A stretch of 64,000 bases of DNA from Lama guanicoe (lineage: Eukaryota). Where the stretch lies: assembly GCA_013239625.1 (NCBI GenBank), contig MU055744.1:1270355-1334354 (forward strand). Reading direction: 5' to 3'. Numbering within the stretch: the stretch's first letter is position 1; each line of letters opens with the position of its first letter. Below the pieces are notes generated by a model. The model made no database searches, had not been told where the DNA came from, and saw only the letters and a list, made by a program, of their open reading frames with translations. Shown here piece by piece: positions 46,343-59,100 of this stretch. The translations under genes were made by a program, and so were the position numbers.

Positions 46343-48734
46343 CCCAGGAGAGGCAGGGGGTGAGCCCTCACCTGAGTTATAGCCCTTGCTGGGCAGGTGG
46401 CTGTCTGGTCGTGGCTGGGCCTCCCGCAGCCCAGGGGCCTGAGCAGAGGAGTGTGGGCCAGGCCGGCAGCCCCGAGCTGCCTCCGCCCGCGGGGGCCAGC
46501 CCTGCACGGCTGCTGTCCAGCTGCTTCCCGCAGGTTTCAGCAGAGGCTCCAGCAAAGGGGCGGCGGCTGCAGAGCTGCCCAGAGGCCCTGGGCTGCCCTC
46601 CCTGCCTCCCCAGGAGACCCCCGAACGATGCTGCTTTTTAAAGTCAAGGATTCCCTTGCTCTCTGCCCCTCCACCTCTCCCTCCGCCTCTGGTCTCTGTC
46701 TGCCCTTCCAGCCCTCGTCCTGATCTTTAAATCCTAACAAGCACGTGAGCCTGGAGCTCGAAGCAGGCGCTTCCCGCTTCCTGTGTGTTTTTCGAGTAAG
46801 TGGGGTGGCGAGGCTGCATCTGCTTGCTGCCCTGGTTGTGCAAAACCCCCTTCTGGGAGCTGTTCCGAGCACCTGCTGCCACCGAACCCCGCAGAGGCAC
46901 ACGGGAGAGGCAGCCTGCTCCCCGTGGCACAGGCGGGGGGCTGGGGGAGGCCAACTTCCACCCAGGACTGCCTGGGCTCGTCCCACCCCCGCCCAGCAGG
47001 CCCCCGGCTGCAGCCCAGACCTGCTCTGGTCCCCAGCCCCACCCCCGGCACACAGCTCTGCTGGGGGCCCCTGGGGGAGGAGCCCCCGGAATCCGTCTGC
47101 ACAGACCCGTGTCCCAGGGCAGGCTCACGCCAGCAGGGCCGGAAAGGGTGCGCTGCCGATGGCTGCGTCCAGCACGTGAGGGATGAAGTGGAAAGAGGCC
47201 ACCTGTGGCCACCTTGGAGAGCTTTCCCAGGACAAGGAGGGGCTTTGAACGTGAACAAGACAGTCGAGCGTGAGGAGAAGCCGGGCACCCTGTCTTGAGG
47301 CCGAGTCGCCTGGCCTCTGTCGAAGGCTTTGCGGTGGGCCTGGGGGTCTGCCTGCCAGAGCCCCTCCCATGCCTGTGAGGACGCTGGTTGGCCGCTGGCG
47401 TCTCGGCGTCTCCTGAATGCAGACCGGGTGGAGAGCCGCGGGGTCAGCGCAGACCAAGACTGCAATCCAGGGTGCAGAACCCACACCCCAGCCTCCCGGC
47501 CTCTGGGCTGTCACTCCTGTTCCTTGCTCCTTCCCCGAGTATTAAAGGAGATGCAACATTAAAGGTCATGGTCGAGGCGGGGGTGGAGCTGAGAGGACAG
47601 CGCAGACAACCGCGGGTTTGGGGAGCTGGCTGTGCACGTTTCTGCCCCAGCGGGACTGGTCCCTGAAGACGCACACCTTTCTCCCAGTGCTCCCCTGCCC
47701 GAACCTGCACACACGTTCCTTTGCTTGCCTGGCGCTGAGGCAGCCTGGGCCCCGGCGGGTCTCTGAGCCGTTCGTGTGTGGAGGGAGGAGGGGGCAGGGC
47801 GGGGGAGGAGGAGCAGGTGCGGGTGTCTTTTCACTCATTGTCAGGGATGCGTGAGAAGTGGAGATAAAAGGTGGGAAAATGTCATCCTTTGACATTTGCG
47901 CTGTCAGCGGGGTGGGCAGGGCCGTGGGCTGGAAGGGTTTTGATCATCACTGGAGAGCGACGTCTCCGGGGAAGCCCAGCTCCTCTGTGTCCTGGGGGTG
48001 GGGCAACCCCCCACCAGAGGCGCCTCGGGGAGGTGCTTCACCCCCCTGCAGGGAGCCGCACTGCTCCCCAACATTTCACGGGGGCCACCACCCCTCGTCT
48101 GACCCACACAACTCTCGGGCCCCACGTCTGCTCCCAGCAGCCCCTGCCCTGGGGCTTGGGTCGCCGGAGTCGGGTGGTGCTCAGCCCCAGAGTCTCCATC
48201 CCTGCAGACACCAGCCGGGAGGAGACGTGCAGCCCAGGTGGCGCGACGGACAGGGCGCGTCTGGCAGAGCTGGGGCGGCCATCCCTGTGGAAGGAGCTGC
48301 CCCTGTGTGGCGTGGGAACCCGGAGCGGAGCCCTCCACGAACTGCCAGTGACAGGTTGTGGCCTGGAGTGAAGCAGCGGAGAGCTCAGGGCTGAGGCTGG
48401 AGAAGCTGCTCTGTCCGCTGGGACCAGGGGTGCGGAGACCTGTCTCCTGACCTTGCTCACTCACCTGCAGCAGCCCCTGTCTGTCTTGGGCTCCACCGGT
48501 GCGAAACTCAGCCTTGGCACTGAGTCCAGGTCGGCAAACAGGTCTCGGCCCCGGTGCCAGTGCTGCCCAGTGGCTGGTGCCTTGTGCAGACTCTGCGGGT
48601 AGGCTTCCAAGCCCGTGTCTGGCTCGTTGGGGAGGAGTGTGGCAGTTGATTGGTGATGTCTGCCACGGGAGGCACAGGAGATGGTTGGCTCCTGTGCTTT
48701 CCAGTTGCCAAACCCTTCAGCCCCAACGTTTCTA

Positions 48735-48970
48735 GCGTTCTGTCCAATAACTAGAAGGCCATAAAGCAGTATTGCTTTAATTTTTGTCCTTCCTAAATAT
48801 TTAGAGCCCTTAAAAGCCAAGAATAATGGCAGAAGTCAAGTTACTCGTTATTTATGAAAGGCCTCTTGGAGCAGTCAAGTATGGGCGCCCCGGCTGGGCA
48901 GCTGCACAATAAGCCGATTGAGTCTCGTCTGAGAAAACACAGGAGAACCGTGCCATTCCTCGGATTCATA
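48735..48970. promoter_or_regulatory. AT-rich HOX/CDX and forkhead motif island, candidate conserved enhancer
   Basis: GCCATAAA at 48758, palindrome CTAAATATTTAG at 48793-48804, TTTATGA at 48851, TAATGG and ACAAT. Confidence 0.5.
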
Positions 48971-49959
48971 GCTTCCGCGAGTCCCGGCCCCTGGAGCAGA
49001 GCCCCCCGGAAGACAGCACACAGCCCTCGGCGTCGTGGCTGAGTCTGCGTCTCGCCAGCTGAGGAAGGGCCCCTCTGCGCTGCTTGGGGTTTTCTGCTCC
49101 CCCTTTGAAAACCTTTCTGTCAGGAGAGCAGCCTGAAAGAAGCCTGGGCCCTGTGTCCTGGGCGGGGGTTTGGGGCAAGTGGCCTGGCCTCAGTTGCCCG
49201 TTCCCTGCACGCGCACACAGTCCTGGCCTTGGAGGGGTGTGAGGCTTCGCCGGGACGGTGCGCGTCCAAGGCCTGTCGGGCTCAGTTCCTGGGACACTCG
49301 GTGCCCAGAAGAGTGTGGCGGCGAACTTAGCAAGTGGTCATCGTGGGCCACGTTCGTGTTCCTTGTCCTCGGACACGCACGCGCACACACACAAAGATGA
49401 TCTCCTGCACGCACAGCGGACTCTCAAAGTCCAGGCTGGCACCTGTCTCCGTGGTGGGTGGGATCTGGCCCGGCGGGCGCCCTGTCCCTCCCGGAGTGAG
49501 TCTCATTCAGCCTCCCGCACGCGCATGCGTGTGGTGCTCCAGGATCCATCGCCGCCCTCGCCTCCTCCTGGGTCCCAGCAGCCGTCCGTGGAGCCTCCCC
49601 CTGCGTGCCGCCTGTCCTTTTGAAGATCTGTGGGTGGCTGCGTTGAGGCTTCTGAGGCTGGGAGACGGACAGGTCCTGTGTGACTGGGGGAGGCTGGACA
49701 CGGGGTGGGACTGGGCTGGGGCAGGGGCAGGGGCAGCAGAAGTGGGACAGGCCGCTGCTCCTCCCTGAGCCCCCCAAGGCTGTCAGTCCGGGGAGGGCCT
49801 GCTGGGATCCGTCATGCAGCCTGAACGTGGGGTTTTCTGTTTTCCTTCTATAGCCTGACCCCCCCAGGGAGCCAAACTTATGATTAAATGGTCACCCATA
49901 GAGAGGAGGGCCTGGAAGAGCAGGGAGCCCTGCACTCAGATGCTTGCGTCTACACTGTG

Positions 49960-50075
49960 CGCGAGCTGCTGTGTGATGTGGGGCAAGTCACTTGGCCTCT
50001 CTAGGCCTCTGTTTCCCCATCTCTGAAATGGACGCGCACCTGCCGTGAACAGAGGTGGTCATTAATCATACGGTA
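49960..50075 (+). mobile_element. MIR SINE
   Basis: 'gctgtgtgatgtggggcaagtcactt...gcctctgtttccccatctctgaaatgg'. Confidence 0.75.
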
Positions 50076-50506
50076 ACTTCCAGAGCAGCAGCCTGGGATG
50101 GACGCTTCGCAGTGTGATGTCTGCTGACATGCTCGTGGCCCTGGGGGGGCAGACCCTTTCCTGGATGAGAACAAGGCTCGGCAGGAGCTTAACAGCAGGT
50201 GCAGGGGGCTGGCAGAAGGGGGCGTGAGCCCCGCCTGCTCCCCTCCGGGGCCCTGCACCGGGAGTGCCGCAGCCCTCAGCAAGTAGTAGGGCGCCACGAC
50301 GACACGGCCACAATGACACGTTCCTCACAACAAGCACAAAACTGGTGTCTAGCCTGAAGCATCTTACACTGTGGGTTGTTTTTAACCCGAGATGAAAAGA
50401 GTTCTGTGAACTGTTTCCCGACGTCTACGAAACGCTGCGTTACGGTTTTATGATGACTTTCGGGCTTCTTGCGATATTACAGCAGCATCTTTTCTTCTCC
50501 CCCCAG

Positions 50507-50565
50507 GTCATCTCCGCGGTGTCCAGACTCTCACTTCACAACTTGGCCCAGAACAAAGGCATCAG
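50507..50565 (+). other. Candidate 59-nt internal exon (UTR, lncRNA or coding status unknown)
   Basis: Strong acceptor tcttttcttctccccccag|G and strong donor CAG|gtgagc; non-repeat; open in all three frames. Confidence 0.45.
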
Positions 50566-52114
50566 GTGAGCTTTGCGGAGCGCGCTGCCGCGCCGGCCCT
50601 CCAGGCACCCCCGGTCACAGTGGGGCTTGGCGCAGAGACGCTGCCTGTGTCTCAGTCCTGAGAGTAATGGGTGTCTGTCCAGTGGCCTGCTGGCGGCGGC
50701 TGGAAGGGGCGGGGGGGCCAGAGGCTCGCGTTCACACCAGGGAGAGCTCGCGAGCGTGTTACTGAGGCTGCAGGACCTCCTTCCGTTTAGGTAATGAGAT
50801 CGGCCAGTGCGTCCTTTCACAGATCGTTGCGACCTGAACGCACTCTCCGTGCTCAGAGCCGGGCTTGGCCTCCAAGGAAGGGGCCAAGTTTGTCTGTGCC
50901 GATGGGCGGGGCCGGGGGCCGCCTGCTTGGGGCTGCAGGCCCCCGACAGGACTCTCCCCGCTCTCCGTTTCAGTCCCGCTTGGATTTTCTAGCGAAGTTC
51001 AGCCTCAGAGAGTCCCGTGGCCCCCGGGTGTCTGCCCTCTCGTCCCTGACAGTCCCGGGGTGGGGGGCGGGCAGCCCCCGCCGTGGACCAGCCGTTGTGG
51101 ACTCTGACCCGCAGAGCTGGGGTCCGGGAGACCAGGTTCCAGATGGGGTGGGGGCAAGCACAGGACCCGCCCGTCCTGACGTCTCTGGGGAACGTGGGTC
51201 AGCAGGGTGGGGCTGAGAGGCCCAGGAGGGCGGAAGGGACTCCTCCTGGGGGTGGGTGGGTGCGGGCGCCCTTGCGAGGTTGGTGGAACTGCGGAGGGGG
51301 CTTCGCTCTGCTGCTGTCCTGCGGGGCGCGGCCTGGAGACAGGCTCCCGCTGCCCCGTGGCGCAACGCGATTGAACAGTCTCCTCGTCCACGGTTCAGGC
51401 GAGATTTCCACAGGCGATTTAACATCCTGGGCGCCACCGTCGCTGACACAAAACACTCCTGGGCCCTCCGTGTGCGGGCGTCCTGCAGTGTTGTCAGTCC
51501 GCAAAAAGGGGCTGCTTCGGCTGCTCTTCTGTTTTGGAAGCCCACAGACGAAGCCGCAGCCCTGAAGAATCCCCTCCTCGTTTCTTCTCCAGCTGGATGG
51601 GAGCCCAACGTGCTCCTTTAAAAAGTGACCGTTTTCACAACCCTTGCTCTGTGCATAACGAGCTGACTTTCCACAAAAGCCCCGGGTACACTGCTCAGAG
51701 GCTGAGGAACGGGGGACTTAACCTAAGAGCCCCAGCCTGGTGCCGGCGGTGGGGGCGGGGCGGGCGGCGGTCGGCGCGGTTCCTGCCGGGCCGTCCAGCC
51801 CAGTGTGTGCGGATGCGAGTCCTTGTCACAGCCGTAACCGGCCACCCAGACTGAGGGGTGTCCTGTTGGGGGTCATCACAGCCTAGGAAGGAAGAGATGG
51901 CAAAGGGCGAGACCCTCTCTGTGACAAGCTGAAAGGTGAGGCCAAGGTGCCCCCAGCCCATGGCGGTCTCGGCAGGATGCTCTTGGCACCTCTGTCTCTT
52001 CTCCTCCAGGCTGGGGAGGCTCCCCGGGCCACTCAAGGCTGCTGTGAGCCTGCGCACCATGCAACGTGATAGTGCAGGACCCCACACTCTGTAAATGTCC
52101 ACGGGCAGCTGGCT

Positions 52115-52470
52115 GGGTGGTGGGCTGAAAGGTGGACCCCCCAAAAAAGATATGTCCACCTCCTAACTTCTGGACCCTGTGACAGGGCGAAGGTTCTCTG
52201 TGGATAAAGGTTTTATAGATGTGATTACATCTGTAATTTTAAGTCTGAGGAAGATGAGCTGACAGAGCTGAGGTCGGAGTGATGTGGCCACAAGCCGAGG
52301 AATGCGGGTCGTCTTAGATGTGGAAGGCAAGGGACAGACCCTCCCCGGGGCTGCTGGAAGGCACCCGCCTTGGAGTCCACAAGACGCATTTCAGACTCCG
52401 ACCTGGGGCAAAGGGGAGAACCGAATGCTGACCTTGGCGGCACTAAGGTTGTGTCCTGTCCACACTGGCC
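52115..52470 (+). mobile_element. MaLR LTR (MLT1C/D-like)
   Basis: 'tggtgggctgaa...cccccaaaaaagatatgtccacctcctaa...gagtgatgtggccacaagccgaggaatgc...catttcagactcc'. Confidence 0.75.
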
Positions 52471-53149
52471 CCCAGGAGGCACTCCCGGGCAGCACTGTGG
52501 AGCCTTTGAAACTGCTCTATGGTCCAGGGCCCAGAGCATCCTTCCCCTACACCGGAGTGGTTACCACCTGCAGCTGAGCCTGGGCACCATCTATGAGTGG
52601 GGCTGTCAGAAGGCCTGAGGGAAGAAGCGGGCTCCGTGCCTGACAGGCGGTGGCCGGTAGACTTTGACTGAGCCCGTCTATACCACAGACACCAGGAAGG
52701 CCACGTCCTCTCAATCCGTCACCCGCCCCTGAACAGAATTTCGAAGGAACGCTGTGGGCGCGTCTCTCTGCTGCTTCCACTGTGGGCACGAGGGCCAGAA
52801 AGAGACACATTTGTTTAAAAATATCTTAACTGGCCAGTTCGTGCCGGGCAGCGGGGAGCTAGCTCTTGCTGGAGACGGCCAGGAGAGGCCGGAGGCCCGC
52901 CGGGCCGGGGCTGAGCGGCCGGCTGGGGCTCCCACGGCGGGCAGGGGGCATTCACTAGACAAAACACAGCTGGGTTTCTGTCTTTGCTCCACACCCGGAC
53001 CTTCGGTGGCCTTGTCGGCTGGACTGGGCTGTGCTGTCAGTTTGCCCACAGAGAACAGGCGTCCAGCTGAGCTCGGCTGAGCTAATGGGGTTTTGTTATT
53101 GTCCCCTCCACACTTGCTCCGTTCCATCTACACAGCCCCCCTCACCTGC

Positions 53150-53345
53150 CCGCATGTCCTTTTGTCCATCCAGCCATCCAGCTGTGTGTCTGGCCATCCA
53201 TCCGTCCACCCGTCTGTCCGTCCACCCACCATCTTTGCACGTGTCCATCCCCCTCCCCCACCTGTGCTCCACCCATCTGTCCTGCGGCCTTTCCATCCGT
53301 GCCCTGTCCTGCCGTCCCCCCTCCTTCTGTCCTCTTCCACGTGAA
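53150..53345. repeat. Degenerate (CCAT/CCGT)n repeat
   Basis: 'ccatccagccatcc...ccatccatccgtccacccgtctgtccgtccacccacc'. Confidence 0.7.
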
Positions 53346-54189
53346 TGTCGGTCGGTGGGTCTCCACACGGTGCTGCTGTGAGTGGTCCAGGTCACGGCCT
53401 CCATGGCCTGGCAGAGATCAGTTGGGCCCGTCTGCTCCCCGGTGCGGAGTCTGCCCTCGGCAGCGTGTTGCGGGGGCAGGCGTGCACCTGGCAGTGACCT
53501 GGCGGGCTTGGGGGGCGGGTGGGATGCCGGGTCCGGCCCCCCCGGGCTCCACGGCCCCCCTGGTACAGCGGGGCCACAGTTGTGGCTCCTTCCTGGTGGC
53601 TGTCAGGATTCAGAAGGTGGCGTCCTCACCGTTGTCAGCACAGCGCTGCCCTCAGTGGGTCCAGCACTGAGGGATGGGGGACGAGGAGGAGCTGCCTCTC
53701 TGGGTCTCAGCGTCCTCGTCTGCGTCGGGGGGGGGTTCTGCCCGCACCCGCCTGGAGGCTGTGAGGGCGGAGGCAGGCTGTGTGTGTTTCCCGATTCTGA
53801 TTCCGCAGTGCAGGGAGTGTCTGGCGGCGCCCCAGCCGCGTGCGGTGCTCACAGAGCTGTTGGGGGCTTTGTGCGTCCGGGGCACCTGTCTGCTCCAGTT
53901 TACAGCTCACGAGGGCCACACCAGCTCCCCAGGACTCCTCCGGTGGCTCCGGGGACCCAAGTTCGGAATCCTGGTGGGAGAGATGCCATGTGCCATGTGC
54001 CATGTGGGCTGGTCCATCCTCCCTGACAGGTGTCCCTGTGCCAAGACAAGAGGATCAGCTAGCTGTTGCTTGAATAAGTTCCTGGAGCGTGAGCTGCCTC
54101 CTGGTCGAAAACACTGGGGGGTTGAGACCTGGCCCGGGGTGCTGAGAACCCAGCCTTTCAGACCTTTGTGCGCTCCCACACCCCCCCCC

Positions 54190-54430
54190 CCAACTTTACC
54201 CATGAGGAAACTGGGGCCTGAGCCAGTGGTGCCTGGGCCCAGGAGTTGTCAGTTCATTCACTCATTCATTCATTCTGTGCATGCCTGGTGATGCTCGCCC
54301 CCGGGCCAGGCGCTTAGACAGCGGGAACTGGCCACTGTCAGGTGGGGAGATGGACACTGGACCCGGGTCGCTGGCAGGTGAGTGCAGGGCAGGGTGCGGG
54401 GACAGGAGGGGAGCACGGAGGCGCAGGGTT
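54190..54430 (-). mobile_element. MIR fragment followed by L2 tail
   Basis: 'atgaggaaactgggg' then 'ttcattcactcattcattcatt...gccaggcgct'. Confidence 0.55.
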
Positions 54431-54656
54431 AAGGGCTGGCCTGAGGCACTCGGGTCTGGGCTGCCGGCGTGCTTTTCAGCATGCTTCTTCGCCCTGAGCC
54501 TGTTTCCTGGTCTCTGAAGGGGAGGCTCCCTTGGCCATGGTCAGCGCCTGTGGTCAGAGCCCAGGGCCAGTGCAGAGCAGCTGGAGCATGGTTCTCAAAG
54601 CGAGGTCTGAGGACACTGCCTGCCATGGAGCCTCAGGTGAACCCATGGCTGGGGGG

Positions 54657-55054
54657 TGTAGCCGGTGAGCAGTGACCCCAAGAAGATGTGCCCCGAACTT
54701 GTGAATATGAGCTTTGTGGCAAAAAGTCTTTGCAGATGTGATTAAACTAAAGATCTTGCCCCGTCAGCCTTAAATCCAATGGCCAGTGTCCTTCCTTGTA
54801 AGAGACACACGGAGAGGGGACCCAGGGACAGAGGAGGGACATGGAGGCAGGGCAGAGGCTGGAGCGAGGCTGCCAAGCCCAGGACCGTCTGGGGCCACCG
54901 GGAGCTGGGAGAGGCCGGAGGGCTTCTCCCCTCCAGCCCCCTGTGGCCCTGCCCGCACCTCGATTTAGGAGTTCTGGCCTCCAGCACTGAGAGAATGAAT
55001 TTTGGTTGTTTCAAGCCCTGAGTTTTGCTGGGCAGCAGGCTCTGGGAGAGACCA
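54657..55054 (+). mobile_element. MaLR solo LTR (MLT1B/C-like)
   Basis: 'gaacttgtgaatatga...gtctttgcagatgtgattaa...ttaaatccaatggccagtgtcctt...ttctggcctccagcactgagagaatgaattttggttgtttcaagcc'. Confidence 0.85.
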
Positions 55055-55319
55055 GGCGGGGGTCCTTCAGCCTCTAGCCCCTGCCGGCCTGGGACCTAAA
55101 TACCCAGAAGGCAGCCAGCAGCTGGCAGGGAGGGTTGGGGTTCGGAGACCCCCTCCAGAGAGCAGGGGTGGGAGAGTGGGCTTCCAAGGATGGTGGTGTC
55201 CTCGTTGGCGGGCGCCCTGTCCCCACGACATTCAGTGATGGAGGTGCTGAGTGTACACGTGCACGGGAGCCACGGCCCCCTCCAGGCCGGCCCTGCCCCC
55301 AGGGAGCAGGACGGCTTCA

Positions 55320-55510
55320 CTCTGTAACAAGCAAAGCAATCAAAGGCTGCCTCTTCAGCAAATACCACATTAAACATTTATCGGGCAGCTGTGTCATATT
55401 ATCGGCTCGTTTTCAGAGACCGAGGAGGAGGTCTTGTCATGTTTTGCAGTGGGATTTATACATACGTGGAGGGATATGAGCTCATCAAGAAAGCTCTGCA
55501 ACAGAAGGTG
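55320..55510. promoter_or_regulatory. AT-rich island: candidate enhancer and/or weak 58-nt exon (55450-55507, +)
   Basis: TCF motif ATCAAAG, forkhead TAAACA, CAGCTG and TGTCA; also gttttgcag|T...AAG|gtgacg. Confidence 0.35.
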
Positions 55511-55959
55511 ACGTCCCGTGCGGCCAGAGGTGTGGGGGGTGTGGCCGCGAGGCTGGTCGCTAGCCGGGCCCCAGCCCAGCCCTGGGGCCAGGTCAGCCGT
55601 GCTCTCTGCAGCCCTGAGCTCTGCCGCACTGTGGCCGGTGGGGAGGGACCGGCCCAAGGCTCAGCCTGGAAGGAGGCTGCCCAGCTGGTAAATCAGAAAC
55701 TCCGCGAGATTTGGTGTCGTCTGCTAAGGCTCTCAGGTGCCTTGGGTCCATCCAGCTACGAAGTGTGAAGACGGTGCTTGGACAAGCCTGAGACTTGCTC
55801 ATCTCATGGTCGGAAGAGGGTCTTTGCTAGTAAAGGGACAGTCCCCCCTGTGTCACTTGGGTCGCCCGTCTCTCCATGGTTCTCTGTCGCGTCCCTCCTC
55901 AGCACCCATGCTTGTTGTTGGGGTGGACCGGGCACCTCGGTGCCAAACAGTAGCCCGTC

Positions 55960-56155
55960 TCTTTTTATTTATTCATTTATTTATTTTTTTAATTCTTTTT
56001 AAATCTCAGGAACCCGCCTTCTAGCTCATGGGGCACCAATCCCCAGTCCTGTCCCCGGTCCTGCCCCCGGCAGCCCTGCCAGGAAGTGATCACTGTCCTG
56101 AATCTTCGGTCTTCCGCCTCTTTACTCTTGTAAAGTTATGTCACACGGTGACTGA
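55960..56155 (-). mobile_element. Old L1 (L1ME-like) tail relic
   Basis: (TTTA)n tail followed by 'aagtgatcactgtcctgaatctt'. Confidence 0.4.
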
Positions 56156-59100
56156 CTTACCTTTCGCGCGTAGCTCTGCTTAGTCCCCGACGCCCAGACC
56201 TGTAGCGCAGAGTCACGGGCGTAAGCGGCCCCTGGCAGTAGCTGGATTCACTGCTGTCACGTGACCAGTCGGGCGTGGGGTTGAGGGCTGTGTCCTGTGT
56301 GGCTCCGTCGGCCTTTCTAGAGCTGCCTTTCCTCCCGCGTCCCCCCACCTCCATCACAGCAGCAGCGACAGGCGTGAGGCCACGTCTGTCCCACGGAGGG
56401 GCTCACCAGTGCTCACCTGGACCCTGGGAATCAGGGTTTCAGCCCCACTTTGCGGAGGAGGTGGAGGCCCCGGAAGGCACCTCTCGCCCAGGGTGGCCCA
56501 GGTGGTGGGGGTGGAACCTGGATTCCATCCTCCCATCTCCCAGCGGGAGTCCGAGGTCCTGGGGCCTGGGTCCAGCACTGATGGGCACAGATCTGCCGCC
56601 CCTGGTGTCTCTGGGCCCCTTCTAGCCTCAGTCCCTGGCAGAGCTGACCCTGGGGGCGGCCGAGGCTCTGTTTTCTCAGTGGGGTCACTGGTGGGGGTAC
56701 TGAGGCAGGCCCTTCCCCGCCCAGCGCTGAAGGTCCCGGCCCTCCACGATGCAGGGCCACTCATGGCGGAGGCGCTGTTCTGGCCTTGGCCCCATCTCCG
56801 GCGGGCTTGGTGGCTTCGGGAGGCTGGGTGCTCGGCCCTCCAGCACCCACGGGCCCTGCGTCTCTCTCCAGCTTGGGACTCTGCCCAGCAGCCCGGGAGC
56901 GGGGTTGGGATGGAATGAGTGTCCCGTCCCCAGGAGGGCAGCAGCGAGACACCAGTGGTTCTGATTAAAGTGGAGGCCTGGAGTGCAGCCCTGAGGCTTG
57001 GCTGGGCCCTCGGCCCTAAAGACTCCAAGGTGAGCAATCGCAGGGCTGGACAGCTGGCCGGTACCCATCCCTCCCTGCTGAGGGCCGCCTCCAGTCCTGG
57101 GGCTGGCGCCATCCAGAAGCACTGCGGCCCAGTTCTCTGCTCCAAACTGGCCAAGCCAGGTGCCCCAGGGCACAGTCTGGGGCGGCAGCTCTGTCCCTGT
57201 CCTCACACGAGCCCGGAGCCACCCGGTGCTGGAACCTTGGCACTCAGCTGTCCCCTCGTGTCCTGGACCGTCTCCAGTCACGTGCACCTACTGCGTGCTG
57301 CCTTCTCGGGGCCCGGGCTCTAGGGGGACGAGCCTGGTGGGGGAACGGCAGAGGGATGGGACGGAGGTGCTCAGATGCAGTGGTCAGGGCACCTCCCAGA
57401 CGAGGCAGCGTTCGATCTGGCTCTGTCCTCCGAAGAGTGAGCAGAGCCGTGTGGACAGGTCTGGGCAGTGGAGGCTCAGGGAGGGGTCGTGCTTGGTGTC
57501 CCTGTGGGATAGAGGGGGCCTTGTAGGGGGACAGGAGCACGTGGGAGGCCGCGGGAGGGAGACCGTGCTGGGAGTGGTGGGCAGGATGGGGGCGGGGTCT
57601 CTGGTCTGAGTGTGTGGGGAAGCCCTGGTGGGAGGGGGCTTCTTCAAGGCAGTGTCCTTGGAGATTCTGTCCAGAAACGTCCCCACAGGGCCTCCAGGGT
57701 GGAGCCCAGGACCAGTGAGGTGGACGTGCAGCCAGGACGGATGGAGGCTCGGAGGAGGGGTTGTGATGGGAGAGGAGCGGGGGCCTGACAGGCCACGGGC
57801 GGTGCTGGCGGTGCAGGGAGTGACACCCCAGGCCCTTCGGCTGGTCTGTCCCACGGGGTGGCCAGGGGCTGCAGCCCAAGATGCTGCGGACACCTGGGCA
57901 GGGATGAGGGGCGCGGGCTCCTTCCCCCCCGGCTTCCTCCCCGCTGTGGCCCTCCTGGGGGTGGTCCTGGCTCCAGGTCTGGCCCTGCCTCCCGGTCTGG
58001 CCCTGCCACTTCCTGGCTCGTCTCCTCGGTCAGCTGTCTCCACCTCTGAGCCTTGGCGCCGTCTTGTGGGTGTCTGTCTTGACTGACTGGGGGAAACTGA
58101 GGGCATCCCACCCTGAGGCCTTGTGAACCCCTTGTCTGTGAAGCAGGGGAAGGGCTTGGGTTTCAGTTGTGTCCTTTCAGCTGGGTGGGTGTGCCCCCCA
58201 GCCAGGGGTGGAGGCTCAGCCTGACTGCCCTGGGGCTGACCCCACCTCTGGGCAGCAGGTGTGAGAAGGAGGGCCGGCTGGAGGTCCCCCAAGAAGACGG
58301 CCTGCTTCTCTAACTGGAGTCCACAGACCAGTCTTCCCCCTGGAGTTCAATCCATCCCTGCTCTGCCAGAGAGAACATGTGATCGGCTAGTGATGCCTGC
58401 CACGGCCAGAGCGGATGGCAAGGGGAGGAGGTGATTGCGGGCAGGCCCAGGTTTGCCTTCTCTGTCCTGGTGGGTCCACCACAGAGGGGTGGGCAGGTCC
58501 TGGGGGCCTGCAGAGGCCTTTCTAGAACTTGGTGGAAGGGCCACTGGGCTGACCCTTCATCCCAGCAGACAGGCAGGCAGTCGGGGGAGGGGAGAGGAGC
58601 ACCCCTGGCTCTGACCCCAGCCCTCCAGCCACCGTCTGGAGGTGGCAGACATGGCTCAGAGAGGGGAGGTCCTTGCCTGAGGCCACACAGCTGCTTGGTG
58701 GTCTCTAAGAACCCCGAGCGGGCCCCTGAGGAGGGGCCCCACGGAGTCTCCGAGCTTTCGTGTGTTTACGAGGGGGGTGCCCTTTCCCAGCGCGGGCTCG
58801 CCGTGCCATCTGCTCCTGTGGTCTCCGTCCAGAGCCCGCAGTGTGGGTTGGATGCCCACCCGGCACAGCAAGTTCCCAGTCTGTTTCTTTCTGCCTCTCA
58901 CTGCTGTGCCCAGACATGAACCCGGACAGGCCACTGTCACCATGTCCCAGAGAAGCCCGGGTGGTGCCTGGGGGCAGAGGGAGGTCAGGAAGTGTCACGA
59001 GCTCTGCTGCTACAGGCCGTCCCGGGCTGGCAGGGGCACGACGGGAGCAGACAGCCTTGGTCGTGGAGAAGAAGAAAGGGCAGCGTGTTCCCTGGTGTGG

